Below, in pieces: positions 61,334 through 64,000 of a stretch of DNA of 64,000 nucleotides. The stretch covers positions 744,001 through 808,000 of the forward strand of contig MU006099.1 of the NCBI GenBank assembly GCA_010093705.1. Reading direction: 5' to 3'. Each line of letters opens with the position of its first letter. Positions within the stretch are counted from its first letter, which is position 1. A model generated the notes under the pieces. It worked only from the letters and a program-made list of their open reading frames with translations, made no database searches and had not been told where the DNA came from. The position numbers were made by a program, and so were the translations under genes. The DNA comes from Patellaria atrata CBS 101060 (taxonomy: Eukaryota).

Positions 61334-64000
61334 ATGTCAGGTCACCGAAGAGTGAAAGACATATCATATGATGAGGAGGACTATGACGATTATGATGAAG
61401 ACGATTACGGTGAGATGGTCGAAGATGACATAGATGATCTCTTAGTTCATGTAATCAATCTATAATAGCTAATACAACTCCAGATCTGAGCCCTGAAGAC
61501 CGAGGTATCACCTTCAACCTCAACGTTATTTCCAATGCGCCGATGACTGACATGCCTTACTCCTAGAACAGATGAGAATTGGTACGATTAAAGTCAAAGA
61601 AGCTCTCGGACCTTCCTATAACATACCAAATAAACAAATCGAGGACGCTCTATGGGACTCATACTATGACGTAGCCAAAGCGACTACGAATTTGAAAAGT
61701 AGGCTCATATCAAGCATGATGGGCGGGCTGATATTGAACGTCAAGCAGGCACGCATACTCCGATTCAATCTAAGAAGCAAAGGCAGGAGTCAAGATTTGA
61801 CCGAGCTGCCGGCTCAGCAGCTCAGAGTTCGCCAGCGAACAAGAAGAACGGTAGGTACTTATTTTCATTGTGAGGTAAAACTTATTTTAAATGCTGTCCT
61901 CCTGAATCTTCCTTCTGGGGATATGATCTAAAAGAATATCATGGTGTATATTCTGGATATTCTACCTCCCTTTGTCCAAGAATGGTCTGACGTCGGCGAT
62001 TCCAGAGTCCGCGATCCCCTATCCCTTGCCAATTTCCGCGTCCTGCTGCCACTCATTTCTCCATACGGAGAACTTCTTTCAAGATGCTCCTTGGGGTAAC
62101 ATACCTTCGGATCGTTTAGGTGTCCTAGTACCGAATAGTATCCGTCTTCGCTACGGTCTCTTAGGGGGTTCATCGAAACCTTCTAAGCTTGCCGCCCTTG
62201 CTGCAGCTCGGAAGAAGAAAGAAGATGAGAAAAAGGCAGGCACTACCCCATCATCTTTTAATTCTGGTAACCTTGAAACTGGGAAAAGTATCTTGCTTCT
62301 ACACAGGTTGGGAAACAAACAGTCCAGCCACAGTAGCCAGCCTTCAACACCTTTACCAGATGGCAGCATAACTGGAAAAGAGAATGTTGGAAAATACATA
62401 ACACCTACCTTACCTAACCGACAGAAGGTAAAACCCACTCCAGCGATTGAGCGTCAAATACGAGACGTCAGCGATACCGTTGATCACTCAGAGGATACCC
62501 CTGCGAGAAATATACCACGGTCAGATTTACGTGCCAATCCTTCAGCGTTTGCTCATAGCATGTTCGGGAAATCACTTTCTCAGGCAGTGGGTTCAAATGA
62601 TCAGGAGGACAGCGCTTTTATGCTACCGTATCTTAGTGATCCGGACTTTGCTAAATTAAATGCATTTGCAGGTCCAAGTCCGGATGACGTTGTACTTAAC
62701 GCACAGGCAAAAGGTTCGATTCGCGCTTAAGCAGCGATACGAACAGGACTAATCCTCAATAGGCGCAAAAGGAACCAAATCACAATCGAAACAATCTATC
62801 GGAAAGGCCACAAAGAGTGCAACTGAAGGTTCTGATTCCTTAAGCGTTCAGGAGCCGCCAAAAGTCAAAAGCAAGAATTTAAATGTATTAGAGGAGTTCG
62901 AGAAATCCAAGTTGAAGAGTTCGGCAAACTTCGTTGTCATCGGTATGGATATTTGTATTCGCAGTACTTGCACCATCTAACTGCCCGAATTAGGACATGT
63001 TGATCACGGAAAGAGTACGCTGATGGGAAGGCTTCTATATGATTTGAAGGTCGTCGACCAAAGATCTGTTGACAAGCTTCGAAAGGAAGCCGAAAATATT
63101 GGCAAGCCATCATTCGCGCTTGCTTGGGTAATGGACCAGACGGCCGAGGAACGCTCAAGAGGTGTTACCGTTGATGTTGCCACCAACACCTTTGAGACGG
63201 ATAGGGCACGATATACTATTCTAGATGCTCCGGGCCATCAAGACTTTATACCGAACATGATTGCTGGAGCTAGCCAAGCAGATTTTGCAGTGTTAGTTAT
63301 TGACTCAAGCACAAACAGTTTCGAATCTGGTCTGAGAGGTCAGACCAAGGAGCATGCCCTACTCGCACGCAGTATAGGCGTGCAACGAATCATCGTCGTC
63401 GTAAACAAAATGGATACTATATCATGGTTCGAATCCCGATTTCAAGAAATAGCTCAACAAATGTCTGCTTTCCTGTCGTCCGCCGGCTTCTCCCCTAAGA
63501 ATGTCTCATTCATCCCATGCGCCGGTCTAACCGGCGAGAACGTTGTTCTCCCCGCTCCATCTACCGCATCATGGTATACCGGCAACACTTTCCTCCAGGA
63601 GCTCGACACATGCGAGCACTCTACCTGCCCGCTGGAGCGACCCCTCCGCCTCACCGTCTCCGATATCTTCCGAGGTGGCATCACGAACCCGCTCTCCATC
63701 TCCGGTCGCATCGACGCAGGCTCTCTCCAGGTTGGCGATACAATCCTTTCTATGCCCGCCAATGAGAACGCAACGATCCGCGCCATTGAGATAGATAGTG
63801 AATCGGTTGACTGGGCTGTCGCCGGCCAGATTGCCACTCTCCATCTGGCGGACATCGACCCAGTGCATCTTAGAGTTGGGGATATTGTATGCACACCCTC
63901 TGCTCCTGTAACGAACATCAAGTCCTTCACGGCCAAGATTCTAGCTTTCGATCACGTGTTGCCGATGCATGTGGATGTATTTCGGGGACGGCTGAATGTG
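61334..64000 (+). CDS. HBS1: Hbs1 translational GTPase (partial, runs off window) with internal Ski7-like exon
   Basis: HBS1 N-domain (IEDALWDSYYDVAKA). G1 GHVDHGKSTLMGRLL, ERSRGVTVD, DAPGH, GQTKEH and NKMD, then beta-barrel domains. Multiple short introns. Confidence 0.95.

Noticed and set aside
63426..63437. GGTTCGAATCCC B-box/tRNA T-loop match
   Set aside because: Lies inside HBS1 coding sequence (WFES) with no cloverleaf.

Overview
This window is eukaryotic DNA from a filamentous ascomycete (Pezizomycotina, possibly a Dothideomycete). The basis is short GT-AG introns with CTRAC/CTAAY branch sites and the gene families present. I read about 20 intron-containing protein genes by eye. They are the DUG2 5' end, SPF30, a large repeat-built coiled-coil protein, a cytochrome P450, an ABC-F ATPase, a CBM-less GH6 cellulase, a damaged GST, an SDR, a homeobox/C2H2 transcription factor, GH5 ExgD, NMNAT, UFD4, a CUE-Smr protein (Cue2-like), HBS1 (runs off the end) and several hypotheticals. 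There is also a U1 snRNA gene and a 12-bp minisatellite. No intact transposon, tRNA, rRNA or CRISPR array was seen. The most notable locus is at the right end. A Cue2-like endonuclease gene sits head-to-head (431 bp) with HBS1. HBS1 carries a symmetric 708-nt Ski7-like cassette exon, so one small promoter could drive the cleavage, ribosome-rescue and exosome-recruitment arms of no-go decay. Exon boundaries were inferred manually, and family assignments come from motif recognition, not database searches.
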